Origin: Octopus sinensis
Taxonomy: Eukaryota
DNA: 64,000 nucleotides
Assembly (NCBI RefSeq): GCF_006345805.1
Contig: NC_043000.1
Span: 161,324,001-161,388,000 of the forward strand
Reading direction: 5' to 3'
Each line of letters begins with the position of its first letter. Within the stretch, counting starts at the first letter, position 1. The translations under genes were made by a program, and so were the position numbers. Of this stretch, positions 1 to 13,895 are shown piece by piece. The notes under the pieces are model-generated. The model worked only from the letters and a program-made list of their open reading frames with translations, was not told where the DNA came from and did not search any database.

Positions 1-910
1 TATACACTGCACAAATGTAGCGTGATTAAATGCAAAAAGAAGGAGGTGTCGAAAATGCTTGTTTTTCTTAACTTGAGATTCCATTTTAATGACCTGAAAA
101 TAAACAAAAATTAAATAAAATTAACTAGAAAAAAAAGATTCCAAAATGATTCAAAAATAGAATTCTCGAAAAAAATAGATTCCAAAATTTAAAAACGAAA
201 TAAATTCCTAAATTTATAAAAAACGGCGGGAACTTCCAACGCAATATTACGTTTTTCCTATGCCAAATTTAATTTACATTCTTTTCATGATTAGTGTAGA
301 GTCGTAGTACATGATCTCATACTATATTCCAGTATACCGTCACAATATTGTGTTTACATGCACTTAAGTTAAGATTACTCTCTGCGAAACCACTTCAAGA
401 TAATTTTCAATAAATTTATGTACAAAGATTTTTTTCCACAAAATAGTCTGGAAAATAGGGTTGGGTCTCATACACAGGCAAATAAGGTTTGTATATTGGC
501 AACTAAGAATATAACGGCCTCCAAAAGAGTCCTTTATAAATAATCATTTCGCTGTTGTATTTGCTATTGTTGTGCTTAACCCCCATATCTTCCTTGATAA
601 AATTGATCCATAATGAATTGTAATTCCAGTTTTGTTAACTCTGTCGTCTTCGTTATTTGTTATCTGATATGCCATTGTAAGGACGTAGTTTTAGAGATGT
701 TCGGTTGTCATTCCTCGCAGTTGAGTGACCAAGTACAGCAACTGCTTAAATTTATTTTCCAGAGGGGAATACACAATGCCGAACAAAACTATGTCACGTG
801 CTTAGCGGTACGCATCCTTAGACTTAATTACTGACACCCTGTGTATTTTACATGAGACAAATTTATGTTTATTCTGCTTCTGTGCGAATGTATGAGTGTG
901 TGAGTGTGTT

Positions 911-956
911 TGTGTGCGTGTGTGTGTGTGTGCGCGCGCGCGCGTGTGTGTGTGTG
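911..956. repeat. (GT)n-(GC)n-(GT)n alternating purine-pyrimidine microsatellite
   Basis: Direct read: gtgtgtgtgtgtgcgcgcgcgcgcgtgtgtgtgtgtg. Confidence 0.9.
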
Positions 957-1903
957 TTCACTTAACTGCGTATTTTGTAGTTGGTTCTTCAGTTACCTGA
1001 ACATCATGAAACAACATTTCAGCAAATCGATCGAGTGAAATCTGTTTCCATTGAACGAATAAGGACTTAATGCATTCAGTATTCTGCCCATCCTTCCAAT
1101 AAACAGACACAAGTTAACGTGTAAATGTAAGTCTTTGTTTCTTTGTTTACTTGCACTTTTGAGTATAATTGTATACACCAGTAAATTAAGTGACTTATGT
1201 ACTTATGTATGTTTTATCTACATGTGTGTAGTATTATATGCGTATAAATTGAGCGAGATGTGTATCCATTTACGTACATGTGTGTATGCGTGTGTGTGTG
1301 TATGAATATTTATTCAGACATATATTGAAAAGTAGTTGAAGATAATTTAGTTAATGTTGAGGAAATATTAAGCCAATTTAATTAATGGTATGTAAATCCT
1401 GTTTATGCTGCAATACTTATTTAATCCTATTAGCTAAAGTGTCAATTTTCCCAATGTTTCTAGGTGTTGTTATAAATCTTTCCGAAAGGGTTGTTGTTTG
1501 ACACATTGTTACCAATGAAAGCTTAAGAGATTCCAGGAAGCACTTAGATATCTATAAATGTACTATGCTGACAAGTAATTGTGTGCCCAACAAGTATGAA
1601 AGCATTTTCAACGTAAAATATGTTTAAATCTTATGTTTTATTTATTGGAAACTGTATCTGTAAATAAACTATGACAAACAGGCAGGAAAGAAGCTATTTT
1701 GCCGATCCTATGCGATATAAAGGAAAAGTACCAGTTATTTGACTTAATAGACATGAACTGGTTTCAAATGCAGTTATAATAATTGCATTGGTTTAGTAAT
1801 ATGTTAGTACTATGCAGTTGAGGGTTTATGCAAAAGCACTATAGAGTAGATTTTAGGATAAGGGTAACTGGAAATGTTAGAGCTAGATAGAGAGCTAGAT
1901 AGT

Positions 1904-1905
<2 letters not shown>

Positions 1906-1969
<64 letters not shown>
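1906..1969 (+). repeat. (GATA)16 microsatellite, left flank of the Tx1 LINE
   Basis: 64 bp of perfect GATA units ending immediately before the element's 3' end. Confidence 0.95.
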
Positions 1970-4900
1970 TGTTTCTTTATTAGCCACACAGGTCTGCACA
2001 CAGACACAACAAATTACAAGGTCGAGCTTTTCTTTTGGGGGTAAAAAAAAAGGGGGTTGGTTTTCGATCAAAAGGGATCGTAAAAGGAAAGAAAGAGGAC
2101 AAAAAAGGGGAGATTTTTTAAAAAAAGGGGGGAGAGGGAAAAAAAAGAAAGGGGAGAGGAAAAAGTTGATCAATAGGGATCGTAATCACAGATATGTCAA
2201 TATGAAGTGTAAAGGGGAGGACAGGTGAGGTTTACCCGTGGAAAGAAAAGCCTACGGAAAAGACCACGGTAACCTCGGTCAATGAAGTCACATGTTATAT
2301 TTTTTTTTTTTTTTTTTTGCAAATAAGCAACTCTCTGTATTAATTTTTACGGTTCATAGAATCATAGTCAAGGTGGCTTCGTCATACATACGTACCATCC
2401 TTGCTACATTCACCCATCTTTTTTTAAAACATTCACTAGACAAAACTTGCCTCTCTACTCTCACTTTCCTCTTCAAGTGATACTTGAAGAAGCTGATGAG
2501 AGATTGACCAGAGAGGAAAGTGTTTGTCTCTAATCCTTTCAGGCGCGTCCACCAGATACATTCTTTCGCCATAGCCACAAGTATGATAAAAATAGCTCTT
2601 CCTTCCCGTTTGAAGGAAAGAGGCGTGACGATATTAACGATAGACTCGGTTGATAGACCGGCACGTCCCACACGTGACAGCAGTCGTTCGACATAAGCCC
2701 ACAGGTCGGAAATTGCTGGACACTGCACGATTGCGTGCAGAGCGGTTTCGTCGCTCTGCCCGCATCTCGGGCAGGTCGGCCCCGTGTTTCTCGAGCCATA
2801 CCTATAGAGCTTATCCCGAACGGGTAGCGCTTCTCGGTAGCACCGCCAGGCCAGGGATCTCTGGCAGTTGTCCATAGGTCCCGGGCCGAAAGTCGTTTGA
2901 AACAGGCGGGTCAGGTATTCCTCGTCGACGCCCAGGTTTGGCCCGAGATCGTCGTCGTACCTCCCTCCACTAATCCCCTATAGAATGCTTTGGTTGTGTT
3001 GAAGTCACTCAAGGTCGACCCGGGACGGCAGAGTTGCTTGAGAGCAACGCGACACTCGCGGTGCCATTCGCCCTTCCTCGGCCTCTTTTTGATCCACGAC
3101 TGTAGTTCGGTCATGGAGACGAGTTGCGGGAATGCGTGCCTCACAAACGGCAACCACACCTGTTCACCGTCGTCTACATAGAGCCGGAGATGTCGCAGTC
3201 TCAGCGCGTGTCTGCGCATCATCAACCACGGCATGCCCAGCCCTCCTTTTAACGGGTGTTGACAGCAAATGGATCGCCTGACCATCGGGACGCATCCTTT
3301 CCACAAGAAGCGGAAGAGGATGCGTTCTAGTTTGGTGATGGTAGGGTCGGGACAAGGTACGACGGTCAGGCGGTAGTAGATGATGGACGCGATGTACGCG
3401 TTCGCCACCTCCGCCCGACCTTTTAGGGACAGTTTCCTCTCGGTCCATTGCTGGGCGAGAGTGACCACCCTACTCGTTATCTCGTTCCAGTTCTTCTCCA
3501 TTTGGAGGTCCGGACCGAACCAGACCCCGAGCAACTCAACCGGGCCGTCTGTCCAGCGTCCCACGACGGAGGTACTGGTGGACGGCCTGGGCTTGCTTCT
3601 CCAGGTGCCGAGCCGCAAGCCCACTGACTTTTCCCGGTTGATTTTTGCTCCTGTCACCGCTTGGTAATCTTTCAGTGTCTCGCCGACCTGCTCGATGTGC
3701 TCGTGGCTTGACACTATGACGGTGACGTCGTCCGCGTATGCAGACACGCTCGTCCCGCATCCCAATTCTCGCGGGATGCCCCTCAGAGTCGCCAGCTTCC
3801 GCAGTAGTGGCTCAAGAGTCAATACGTATAGAAGCGCCGAGAGGGGGCATCCCTGACGGACCGAACGTGCAATGTCGAAAGGTCTCGATAGATGTCCATT
3901 TACGCGAATTACCGAACGGATGCCTCTGTACAAGGCAGCTATCTAGCCGCGGAAGACGGGACCGAAACCAGCCGCTCTCAGGACTGCCTCCAAGTATCGA
4001 TGGTCTACCCTATCGAAGGCTTTCGATTGATCCAAGTTGATCAGGGCCCCACCCATGCCAGGTTCGTTAACTACCCTGTCTATGATGTAGCGCATCAGAT
4101 GGAGGTTGTCATGGATGCTCCGGCCCGGCACGGCGCACGTTTGTGCGTTGTCGACCAGTTTCTCGACGACAAGCGCCAACCTCTTGGCTAACACCTTTGT
4201 CAAAATTTTCAGGTCTGCATTGAGCAGAGTGATTGGTCTAAAGTTATCTATAATGTTCCCCTTGTTTGGATCTTTCTTCAGCAGTGTTACAGCTCCTCGA
4301 CTCACAAAACCGGGTATGCTCCCGTTTTGCTGCCAGTTGCAGTATACCGCTGCCAAGACGTCTCCAAACAAGTCTGGCATACAATTGTAAAACTCGTAGG
4401 GCAGACCATCCAAACCCGGCGATTTGTCTCTCGAGCATTCTGCCATCGCGTCCTGCACATCCGCCGCCGTGATGGCACCTTCGCAGCACTCTGCCTCTCT
4501 TGCCGAGAGTCGTGGTAGGCTGTGCAGGTAGGCACTGAAGTCCACCCTGCGTTTACGCTCACCACTCGTCCCGTACAGTCGGGCAAAGTGCTGCTGAAAT
4601 GTCTCGCACATCTTGCTGGGCTCGAGCAATTTGCGCCCTTGTTCATCTACCAGAGACCGAATGGTGGCTTTGTTGCCCTGCTGCGCCCCCGCCACCCGGG
4701 CCTCCCTCGCGGCTCCAACACCTTCCGTCCTTAGAGCCCGCATCCTAGCCCTGACAGCACACCCTTCGTGTTTGGCGTTGAAGTGTTGGTCAAGGGCCAA
4801 CCTTGCTGCCAAAACGTCGGGTGTGATGCCGCTTCTTATTGCCTCTTCTAACTTCTTAACTAACTCACCCTCTACTCAATTTCTATCTACGGCTAGTGCT

Positions 4901-5440
4901 TTGCTATATCTTATTGCTTCCGCTTTTACTGCTCTCTTGAGGGCGAACCACCATTTGTTGTTGACAATGACTCCCGTTAAAGCCCTTTTTACTAACGTGT
5001 TGATTCTGTCTCTGAAAACTTGTCTGTACGGGAATGATGCATTCAGTTTCCAGTAACCAGGACCCTGTCTATGTGCCTTATCTAAGTCTAGCGTACACGT
5101 CACAAATTTGTGATCCGTGTAGCTGGCTGTATGGAATTGTGGACATCCTAAGTTATCCTTGTCTACTGTCCTACACAGTATCCTATCTAGATACGATCTC
5201 GACGACCCACTGCGGTTGCTCCATGTCCACGTTGGTGCATTTGGGTGGTCGAGTCGGTACCTGTCAGACAGTTGGAATCGTCTGAGCAGGTCTCTGAGGC
5301 ATTTGCATCCCCTTCTGTTTTTGTCTCTCCCCACATAGTCTAGATGCGTGTCCAAGGTAGCATTCCAATCCCCCACTAAAAGTAAAGGACGAGACGTTCC
5401 CGGGAATACTTCTAGACGTCGAAAGAAATCCGGCCGACCT
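1970..5440 (-). mobile_element. Tx1-clade (L1 group) non-LTR retrotransposon, 5'-truncated within the endonuclease, with 3' UTR
   Basis: APE endonuclease C-half (LLVGDWNA, SYLDRI, TDHK), Tx1-typical GPGYWKLN linker, RT motifs (SPGLDGLPYEFY, NFRPITLL, DQSKAFDRVDH, VRQGCPLS, YADD) and C-terminal CPRC..ETALHAIVQC zinc motif. The 3' UTR ends in AATAAA (plus-strand tttatt 1976-1981). Visibly more GC-rich than the flanks. Confidence 0.95.
2354..5440 (-). pseudogene. ORF2 (APE-RT-zinc knuckle) of the Tx1 LINE with two in-frame stops and one frameshift
   Basis: ORF pieces 4876..5547, 3943..4812 and 2911..3933 share one frame, separated by TGA (4876-4878) and TAG (3943-3945). A frameshift near 2960 joins to 2354..2875. 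The ORF-track part above 5440 is only translated GATA repeat. Confidence 0.9.

Positions 5441-5520
<80 letters not shown>
5441..5520 (+). repeat. (GATA)20 microsatellite, right flank of the Tx1 LINE
   Basis: 80 bp of perfect GATA units beginning at the base after the 5' truncation point. Confidence 0.95.
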
Positions 5521-5521
<1 letters not shown>

Positions 5522-8500
5522 ATGGATACATAGATACATAAATACATACAAAATATTTAAAATGCATACACGCATTCACATACATATTTACACTCACACA
5601 TTCATGTAAATGTGCATATATATATATATATATATATATTATTAAATAATATATATATGTATTGATATATATATAATAATAATAAATAACATATATATAT
5701 GCATATATGAGTACAGGATGACAGCAACTGTGCAAACAACATGAAATACGTAAACAAACAAGTTAAATACGTAAATAGCGAGAGAAACAAAGAGAAAGCA
5801 GAACGAGTAAACACAGAGAAAGGATCCTTCATCATTTGTCGGCTGTCTGTCTGCTCCTTATTTCGAGCATTCAGTGACATTGTGAATCTTCAAAGACAGT
5901 TGCTCCCATAAATTCTAAAATTAAATTTAGGATTTATGGAGGCTCAAAGTTGGGAACAAAAAAGGATAGTGGAAACATACAAGGAAACAGAACGAAAACA
6001 AACATGGAGGGTCATTAGACCAGGACGAGGGGAAAATAGTGAATGCTGGGAGAAATATTCTCTTTGAAAAGAGAAACGATAGAAGAGAGTGAAAATGACG
6101 TCCAGTCTTTTGAAAGTCCATGCGGAAAAGAAAGATGGACGATGATCACATGCGAGCAATGAAACAGACAAAAAGAGAAAGATGAGAGAGAGACAGATAG
6201 AAAACGGTGAAAGAGGAGGGGAGAGATAAAAGGTCATACAGAACGATGGAGGAAGAAAAGAGTATAGATTACATTCTTATCGAAAAGGTGAAGATAAACT
6301 TACTTGGAAATGGATGCGTGGCGTTCAATTAAATAATAATAATGATAACAACACACACACACACATATATATATATATGTATATATATATATGCATTTAT
6401 ATATATACATACACACAGATATATGGCTGTATATGTATGTGTATGCATATGTGCGTTTGTGTGTATATATATATGTGTGTGTGAATGTGTATACAAACGC
6501 ACGAATACTTTTCTCTGAAACAGATTATGACATCCATGATTTATGGGAAACAGGAAATAAAATGACTCGACTTTGAAAAGTCTCAAGCAATGTGGGTGGA
6601 ACAGTTTAGTCTGTATACTCGAATACACAACAATATTTGTTGGTCTAAATTTACTGTGAAACATTGCTGCGCGCTATACACTTTGTAAAACCAGTGTGAA
6701 AATGTCTTGGCGAAAATAATGTTAAGCACTAGTAGTAACCTCAACCAAATGACCTCTTTTATGCTGACATCTTTTTCTTAACGTGAGTTATCTTTCATGA
6801 GTCTTACGATCTTCTTGAAAAGGTGACTGTAGAATATGCAGGTAACACTTCCGGAAATAATTTTTTCTTCTCTTTCCAGAAACATGGATGTGTTTCCATG
6901 TTGTTAATTTTTTGTTTAGCATGTTAAGAAAGTCACTGTAGGATATTTTTATCGTTTTCCTTGCTTATAGTATTCCTCTTGCTGGGAGTGACATTCTCTA
7001 AGCACAGCCTTGTTTCTTCAGACAAAACGAAAATTATGCATTAAAGTGCAGCTGCACACATCATAAACACATCATATTCGCAGTTGCAATACTATTAATC
7101 AAAACGCATGCAAGAGAACATTATATGTAATAAAATACCATAATTCATTAATTGAAAAACAAATGAAATATCATTCATTAACTCTCCGCACAATTACAGG
7201 TACATTAAATAGTCTTCCATAACTCTTAGCACACAATCTAAGACATACAGAAGTTTACACGATTATATACAAGAACATCCCATTCCTGAGTCAAAACCCA
7301 CGTCTAAAAAAGCACTCGAAACCCATAAAATGATAAAAAGCAAGAGACAACCCAGATCTCTAAAAAGATTACCAATGCAAAATTACCCAATACAAGCACA
7401 ACACCCACCGTCAAAAAATGTGGTCTATCTAACTGCAGAACTTGCATCCACCTCATTGAAAGAACAATATATAAATTTCCTTTGGCACACACACACACAC
7501 ACACACACTCTAAGTAAAACTTCTGCATAAATTATGTGATTTCTTGCTGTGTACACGTGTAAAATTACAGCTCAAATCCACTTGAAATGACCTGTTCTGT
7601 AATTCCTGTTTGCGATGAGCGTATTTAGAAACATAATCTTCGATATAAACTTAAAGAGAAATTGTCCCTAGAAATCCTGTTCTTTACCTGTTGTTTCTAG
7701 CAAGTGCGGACTGACATTTGCGGCCCGCCCTTATTTTTCCCCAATTTTCTTCCCAGTCCTATGTTTTTGATACAGGAGATTAAGGTATCAAAAGACGTTC
7801 TCAATAATTTAATTTTCTCCCTCCCCACCACAATTTCTTTATGTTTTATTTTTCTCCAAATTATTTTCTTTGTAATTCACCGAGGAAAAAGGGATTGTAC
7901 GAATCTAAGAATTTTCGTCTTTTTTCTTAAAGAAGCACTAAAATCTCCTTCCCAAACATCCACCCATGAACTCACTACTTTCAAAAAGCTACAAACTCCC
8001 AAAATTTCCCTTCTAGCACTTTGGAAGGCGGGAAAGTTTCTTCAGAAATAATATCGTTTGCTTATTGTTTCTACCATGTCGGGTTTTCTGGTGATGGTCT
8101 GGTAGGCTTTACGTCTGCTATTGCAGTACAATTCTACGCAATTGTCTCGAAAGTGAGACACTGAGACGCTTCAGCTTTCTGAAAGCGGGTATGTGATGGC
8201 TGGGTGAGTTGGAGGAAGGGGCAGTGAATGTTTCTTCAAGAAAAATTAAACTTTAAAAATAATATATATATTTCCCAGATTCGTAATCTCTGCATTTTTC
8301 TACGTGCATAAAAGAAATTCATCCAAAGTTACAAATTAAGAAATCGTGGTGGGAACGGGGGGGGGCGGTAATTAAAATTTTGAAAGCGTGATTTCTGGAC
8401 AAAATCGTATTAACCCCACCTTTATATGATGAAACAAAATAGAGTTTGTGATCCTTCTTAAGAACAGAAAGTACTTTCATGCCAACGTATGCAAATTGTA

Positions 8501-8609
8501 CCCTCCCCTCTTCACTTTTAAACAAACAATAACTTCCATTACGCCAGTAATGCCGATTCTGCCCATGAGAATGGAACAAATAATATAATGTGGCTGTAGG
8601 TCTTAACAC

Positions 8610-8637
8610 CCGGGCAACGCCCGGATGCATTGCTAGT
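8610..8637 (+). mobile_element. Helitron-type 3' terminus (hairpin + CTAG|T), probably the end of a short non-autonomous Helitron starting near 8290
   Basis: CCGGGC-aac-GCCCGG perfect 6-bp stem, 8-nt spacer, then CTAG followed by T, matching the canonical Helitron 3' end. The 5' TC boundary is not certain. Confidence 0.55.
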
Positions 8638-9238
8638 AATTTCAAGAAATGATGAAATTGATGAATCCTTGTAAATACCTCGCTATTTATTGAAGAATTT
8701 TCAAACCCCAACTGGCTAAATTAGCTCCACTCTCTCACAATGGACTTAATATCCCCTAAGAAATAACTATTTGAAGAAAAAAAAACTTTCATTTACTCAT
8801 TAATACTAAAAGAATAGCTGCCTTCTTTGCGTAGTCGTAAATGAAAGCAACACGTGAATAGATGAAAATATATAAAGTGTTCTTTCCAAGATGTCTGAAT
8901 AGGCGAACGCATAAAATATTTTCTGACGTTTATTTCAGTGCACACAAAAATATAAACAATGTAGACTTTTCTAACCATAACTCCAAGTATTTCTGAATAT
9001 TTTTGATTGTATATTGTGAAATATTTCTGCAATGTCAATGGCTTGAATTTATCGACTGAAAGTCAATTCGATTTGTAAATGAATAAGCTATCTAATTTAT
9101 ATGTTAAATATCTTCCCGTTCGTCAAAACTAAAAACTCGTTTACTTATGAATACAAACATGCACGCGCGTGAACACACACACATACGCACACATTTTCAT
9201 ATGTATGTATTTATGTATGTGTAGTTGTATGTGTATGA

Positions 9239-9572
9239 AGGTGCATGGCTCAGTGATTAGAGCGTCGGGCTTACGATCGTGAGGTTGTGAGTTCGAATCC
9301 TGGACCGGGCTGCGTGTTGTGTTCTTTAGCAAGGCACTTTACTTCACGTTGCTCCAGTTTACTCATCTGTAGAAATGAGTTGCGTCGTCACAGGTGCCAA
9401 GCTGCATCGGCCCCTTTGCCTTTCCCTTGGATAACACAGGTAGCATGGAGAGAAGAGTCCGGTATGCATGGGTAACTACTGGTTTTCCATAAACAACCTT
9501 ACCCGGGCTTGTGCTTAGGAGGGTAACTTCCTAGGTGCAATCCCACGGTCAATCATGACCGAAGGGGATCTC
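9239..9572 (+). mobile_element. tRNA-derived CORE-type SINE
   Basis: A-box-like TGGCTCAGTGATTAG, B-box GTTCGAATCC, then CORE-like gtgttgtgttctttagcaaggcactttacttcacgttgctccag. A related copy lies on the minus strand at 28770-29000. Confidence 0.8.
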
Positions 9573-10539
9573 GATTGTATGTGTATGTACATACATGAAT
9601 AAGTCCATGAAACTATTATAAATTTGCGAATACGATCTGAGTACAATTTAAGTTATGAACACAGAAGACGTTTTCGTCGATTACAGTAAGGAGTACTCGT
9701 CAGTCCTTGTTATTTGAAACTAAGTCGTAAATCTTATTGAAATTCGTACATAAATATATATTTTTGTTAAGGTGCATTTGTGCATGTGAGACAATTCCAC
9801 TTTCAGCGATCCTGTTACTTAGCCAAAACCTGTCTCAACACTTTCATCACTACTAACAAAGAACAGTTTCACTAATGCGTCTACCAGCTGTCACGAGCTA
9901 CTTCAGTTTATTCAGTGATATCATAAGAAACTTCACTACAACGCGTCCATTTCAAGGGTACTGTCACCACCACCACAGTGCTTTTAAATTCTCATCGTCA
10001 CCGCCCCCGCCCCCCCAATATTTCTTCTATGTTACCGTCGAGGCCTCTGCAAACACCATTAACATCATTGTCATTAGCCTCATCATTGAACTGTAAACCT
10101 TCAACATTCATTTTACACTGCCAAAAGTGTCGCGAAACAGTTTGCTCAATTTTCAAGAAAAGCAGGCAAATCTCCTACAGATCACTTTCTACCGCCTTTA
10201 AAACTACACAGATTGGATTTATAGTGCAAAATATACAAAAGGGTAACCGGTTTACAGCCACTACATCTTTAATAGTCAAGACTATTGAAAAGGTTGCAAG
10301 ACGCAACGAACATTTTTGGAAAATAAAAATACGAAATAAGTGGAAATTTCACTGGTGAATGTGTTATATTATAAGGCATAAAAAGAAAATTACTCTTCCC
10401 AGACACAACAGAATATGTTTCAACACACGAACTCATATAAAGAATCTTGCAAACCAAATCCCTAAACGAAATAAACAACCATACTAACAACATTAAATAT
10501 TTGTTTCTAATTCTGGCGCACGACCAGTACATTCGAGGA

Positions 10540-12080
10540 AGGGGATAAGTCGATTACATGGACCCCAAAGTTCATATTGTACTAATTTTATCGGCTTGGT
10601 AGGATAAAAGGTAAAGTCGACTTCGTTTGTATTTGAACTCAGAACATAAAAATGGGCAAAATGCCGCCAAGCATTTTGTCCGGCGTCCAATGATACTGCC
10701 AGCTCGCCCGGTGGTTGTAATAGTGGCGTCAATATTTGGATTAAGCTCAGGATACTTGGTGAGGGGCTAAGTTGATTGCATCGACCCCCAGTCCTCAACT
10801 GGTACTTGTTTTATCTACCCCGAAAGGATAAAAGACAAAGTTAAACTCGGCGGAATTTGAACTCAGAACGTAAAGACGGGCGAAAGACAGCTAAGCATTT
10901 TGTCCGGCGTGCTAACAATTCTGCCGCCTTAATGGTGGTTGTAATATTAAATGTTGTTAATAAGGCGGCGCGTTGGCAGACTTATACACCTCACCCGGAC
11001 TTGCTAGCCATATACCAATATTTGAAATTTGTATTACTACCACCATGTAAGGCGGCAAAATGTCGGAATCGTTAGCACGCCGAACTAAAATGCTTAGCGA
11101 CATTTCGTCCGTCTTTAACTTCGTCGAGGTCGACATTAGCATTTCATCTTTTCGGGGTTAACAAAATAAGTACCGGTAGAGTACTGGAGTTGATATAATT
11201 GATTTACCACATTGTTGGCCTTGTATAAAAATATGAAATCAATATTACAACCACCACAAAGCAGCAAGCAGACAAAATCGTTCTGAATTTAAATTCCACC
11301 TGGCAGAATTGTTAGCAAGTCGGACGAAATTCTTAGGACTCTGACTTTACTCTCTGAGTTCAATCCCGACCGAGATCGATTGTTCCTTTCACATTAAAAT
11401 AATCACTGGGGACGAGTAATCAACGTACTACGTCACTCCAAAAGTTCAGTGTCATGTTCCAGTAGAAAGAATATTGGTATTAAATTTTGGCAGAAGGCAT
11501 GCAGTTTTGAGGGAGTAGTAAGCCGATTACATCTATCCTAATGATCATCTGGTACTTATTTTAAAACCCCGAAAGAATGAATGGCACAGTCGACGTAGGT
11601 GGAATATGAACTCAGAACGTAAAGCCGGACAAAATACCTATTTCTTTACTACCCACAAGGAACTAAACACAGAGAGAACAAACAAGGACAGACAAACGGA
11701 TTAAGTCGATTATATCGACCCTAGTACGTAACTGGTACTTATTTAATCGACCCCGAAAGAATGAAAGACAAAGTCAACCTCGGCGGAATTTGATCTCAGA
11801 ACGTAGCGGCAGACGAAATACCGCAAAGTATTTTGCCCAGTGTGCTAATGATTCTGTCATCTCACTGCATTAGCCAATAGAAAGAATAACGATTTCAAAT
11901 TTTAGCACGAGGCCAGCAACTTCAGGGCGTTGGTTAAGTCTATTATATCGACCCCAGTGCTCAACTGGTACTGAAAGGATGAAAGGCAAATTCGATCTCA
12001 GCAGATTTGAACTTAAGTGTAAAGACGGACGAAATGCCTTTAACCATTTTACCCAGCGCGGTAACGATTCTGCCAGCTTT
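10540..12080. mobile_element. Cluster of ~7 copies of one tRNA-derived SINE family in both orientations
   Basis: Repeated module ggcagaatcgttagcacgcc...gttctgagttcaaattccgccgaggtcgactttgcctttcatcctttcggggtcgataaaataagtaccag. Minus copies at ~10540, 10730, 11470, 11640 and 11880; plus copies at ~11048 and 11295. Confidence 0.85.
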
Positions 12081-12304
12081 AGCCTATGGAAACAACATTA
12101 CCAACATCATATCAAACTCCTCCAACAAGGCAAGGAGGATGTTTCTAAGTTGTTGGAAGAAACAATTGCCAACTTACTGTCAGATGATACCCCGACTGCT
12201 TTCAATAAAGTGCTATGAGATAATGTATAAAGTCTCACAGTGCATGAATAAAAGGCAGACAGTATGGCCGTGACTCAATTTCCTTAGGCCTGAGACTATG
12301 CAAC

Positions 12305-12412
12305 AGAGCAACAACAACAACACTACTACTACTACTACTACTACTACTACCACTACTACCACTACTACAACTGCTACTGCTGCTGCTACTACTACTACTA
12401 CTTCTTCTTCTT

Positions 12413-12455
<43 letters not shown>

Positions 12456-12487
12456 AACTGCTACTGCTGCTACTACTACTAATACTT

Positions 12488-12518
<31 letters not shown>

Positions 12519-12564
12519 ACTACTACAACTGCTACTGCTGCTGCTACTACTACTACTACTACTT

Positions 12565-12595
<31 letters not shown>

Positions 12596-12712
12596 CACTA
12601 CTACAACTGCTACTGCTGCTGCTACTACTACTACTACTACTGCTGCTTCTGCTACTACTACTACTACTACTACTATTACTACTACTACTACTACTACTGC
12701 TACTACTACAAG
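12305..12712 (+). repeat. (ACT)n/(GCT)n trinucleotide array
   Basis: Direct read; it explains the poly-Thr/poly-Leu ORF 12298..12774. Confidence 0.95.
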
Positions 12713-12829
12713 TCAGCTTATTACAAATAGCAGCAAATTTATTTTCTCAATTTCATAAAATTCACACTTTCTAAATACTAAACAAACCGGTAAGAACACA
12801 CTAACTAAAATGACCCAAAGTACCCTCCT

Positions 12830-13578
12830 CCATATCACCACCAACAGCGCCACCACTGCCACCATCATACGTCACCAGCATCATCGTTACCCGCTGCACT
12901 ATCACCGCCACCATCGTCACCGTTATCACTAAACGCTATCACCACCACTATCGCCACTACCACCACCACCACAACAACAACTACTACGGCCACCAACACA
13001 ACTACCACTATAATGATAGTGGTCACCACTGTCGCCAATACCATTATAACCACAACCACCATCAGCGTTACGCTTCCCACTCACCACCGCCCAGCACTAC
13101 CAAACTCACACCAACACATACACCATCACAAATGCCTCTTCTTTTCATTAACACCACCGCTCATCAATACCACCACCACCACCAACAGAATCACCTACAA
13201 CACCACCATCCCTGCTACTACCACCTACAGCAACTTTATCAACACAATCACCGCCACCGTCACCTCCATCACTGCCACCATCGCCACCGTCACCAACATC
13301 GTTACCATCCTCCCCCCACGTCTCACTACTTCCTTTATCCCCTCTAACACCCACAATAACTCCATTCGACAGTGCCCGACCACGACCAACACCACTTTCA
13401 CCGGCATCACGCCAGTATTACAACTTTACAATCATATCCCTACATCAACTCATATCGCAACCATCCCACGCTAGCATTAACGCCACTGCCACCAGAATAA
13501 GTGTATACACTAGGAATGCAGTACAACCACCATCATTAAAACTATCGCCTATACTACCAACACTACCAAAACACCTTC

Positions 13579-13624
<46 letters not shown>

Positions 13625-13645
13625 TATATATATAATATATATATA

Positions 13646-13703
<58 letters not shown>

Positions 13704-13850
13704 TATATGTAGGTCCCGGGTTGATTCGGGGTTAACCACAGTAAATAAGGTACTCAATACATAGCAGAGTCAAATTATATTGTTATATTTCGGAATAGTC
13801 ATTTTGCCAGTTTAGCCAATAAAAAATCTTGCACAACAAATATATAAACG

Positions 13851-13895
<45 letters not shown>

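Noticed and set aside
463-488. Sequence resembling a Tc2/pogo-type terminal inverted repeat (gggtctcatacacaggcaaataaggt)
   Set aside because: No partner TIR or transposase could be found in the window, and the resemblance is from memory only.
979-1127. Segment bounded by ttttgtag and gtaagt resembling an exon
   Set aside because: All three plus-strand frames contain stops, and there is no supporting neighbour exon.
2030-2165. Alternating long A and G homopolymers in the Tx1 3' UTR
   Set aside because: It is a pyrimidine-rich UTR on the sense strand; the run lengths may partly reflect long-read homopolymer error, so it is not interpretable.
9239-9310. tRNA-like sequence with A and B boxes
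   Set aside because: It continues directly into a CORE-type SINE body and has no proper acceptor stem; it is a SINE head, not a tRNA gene.
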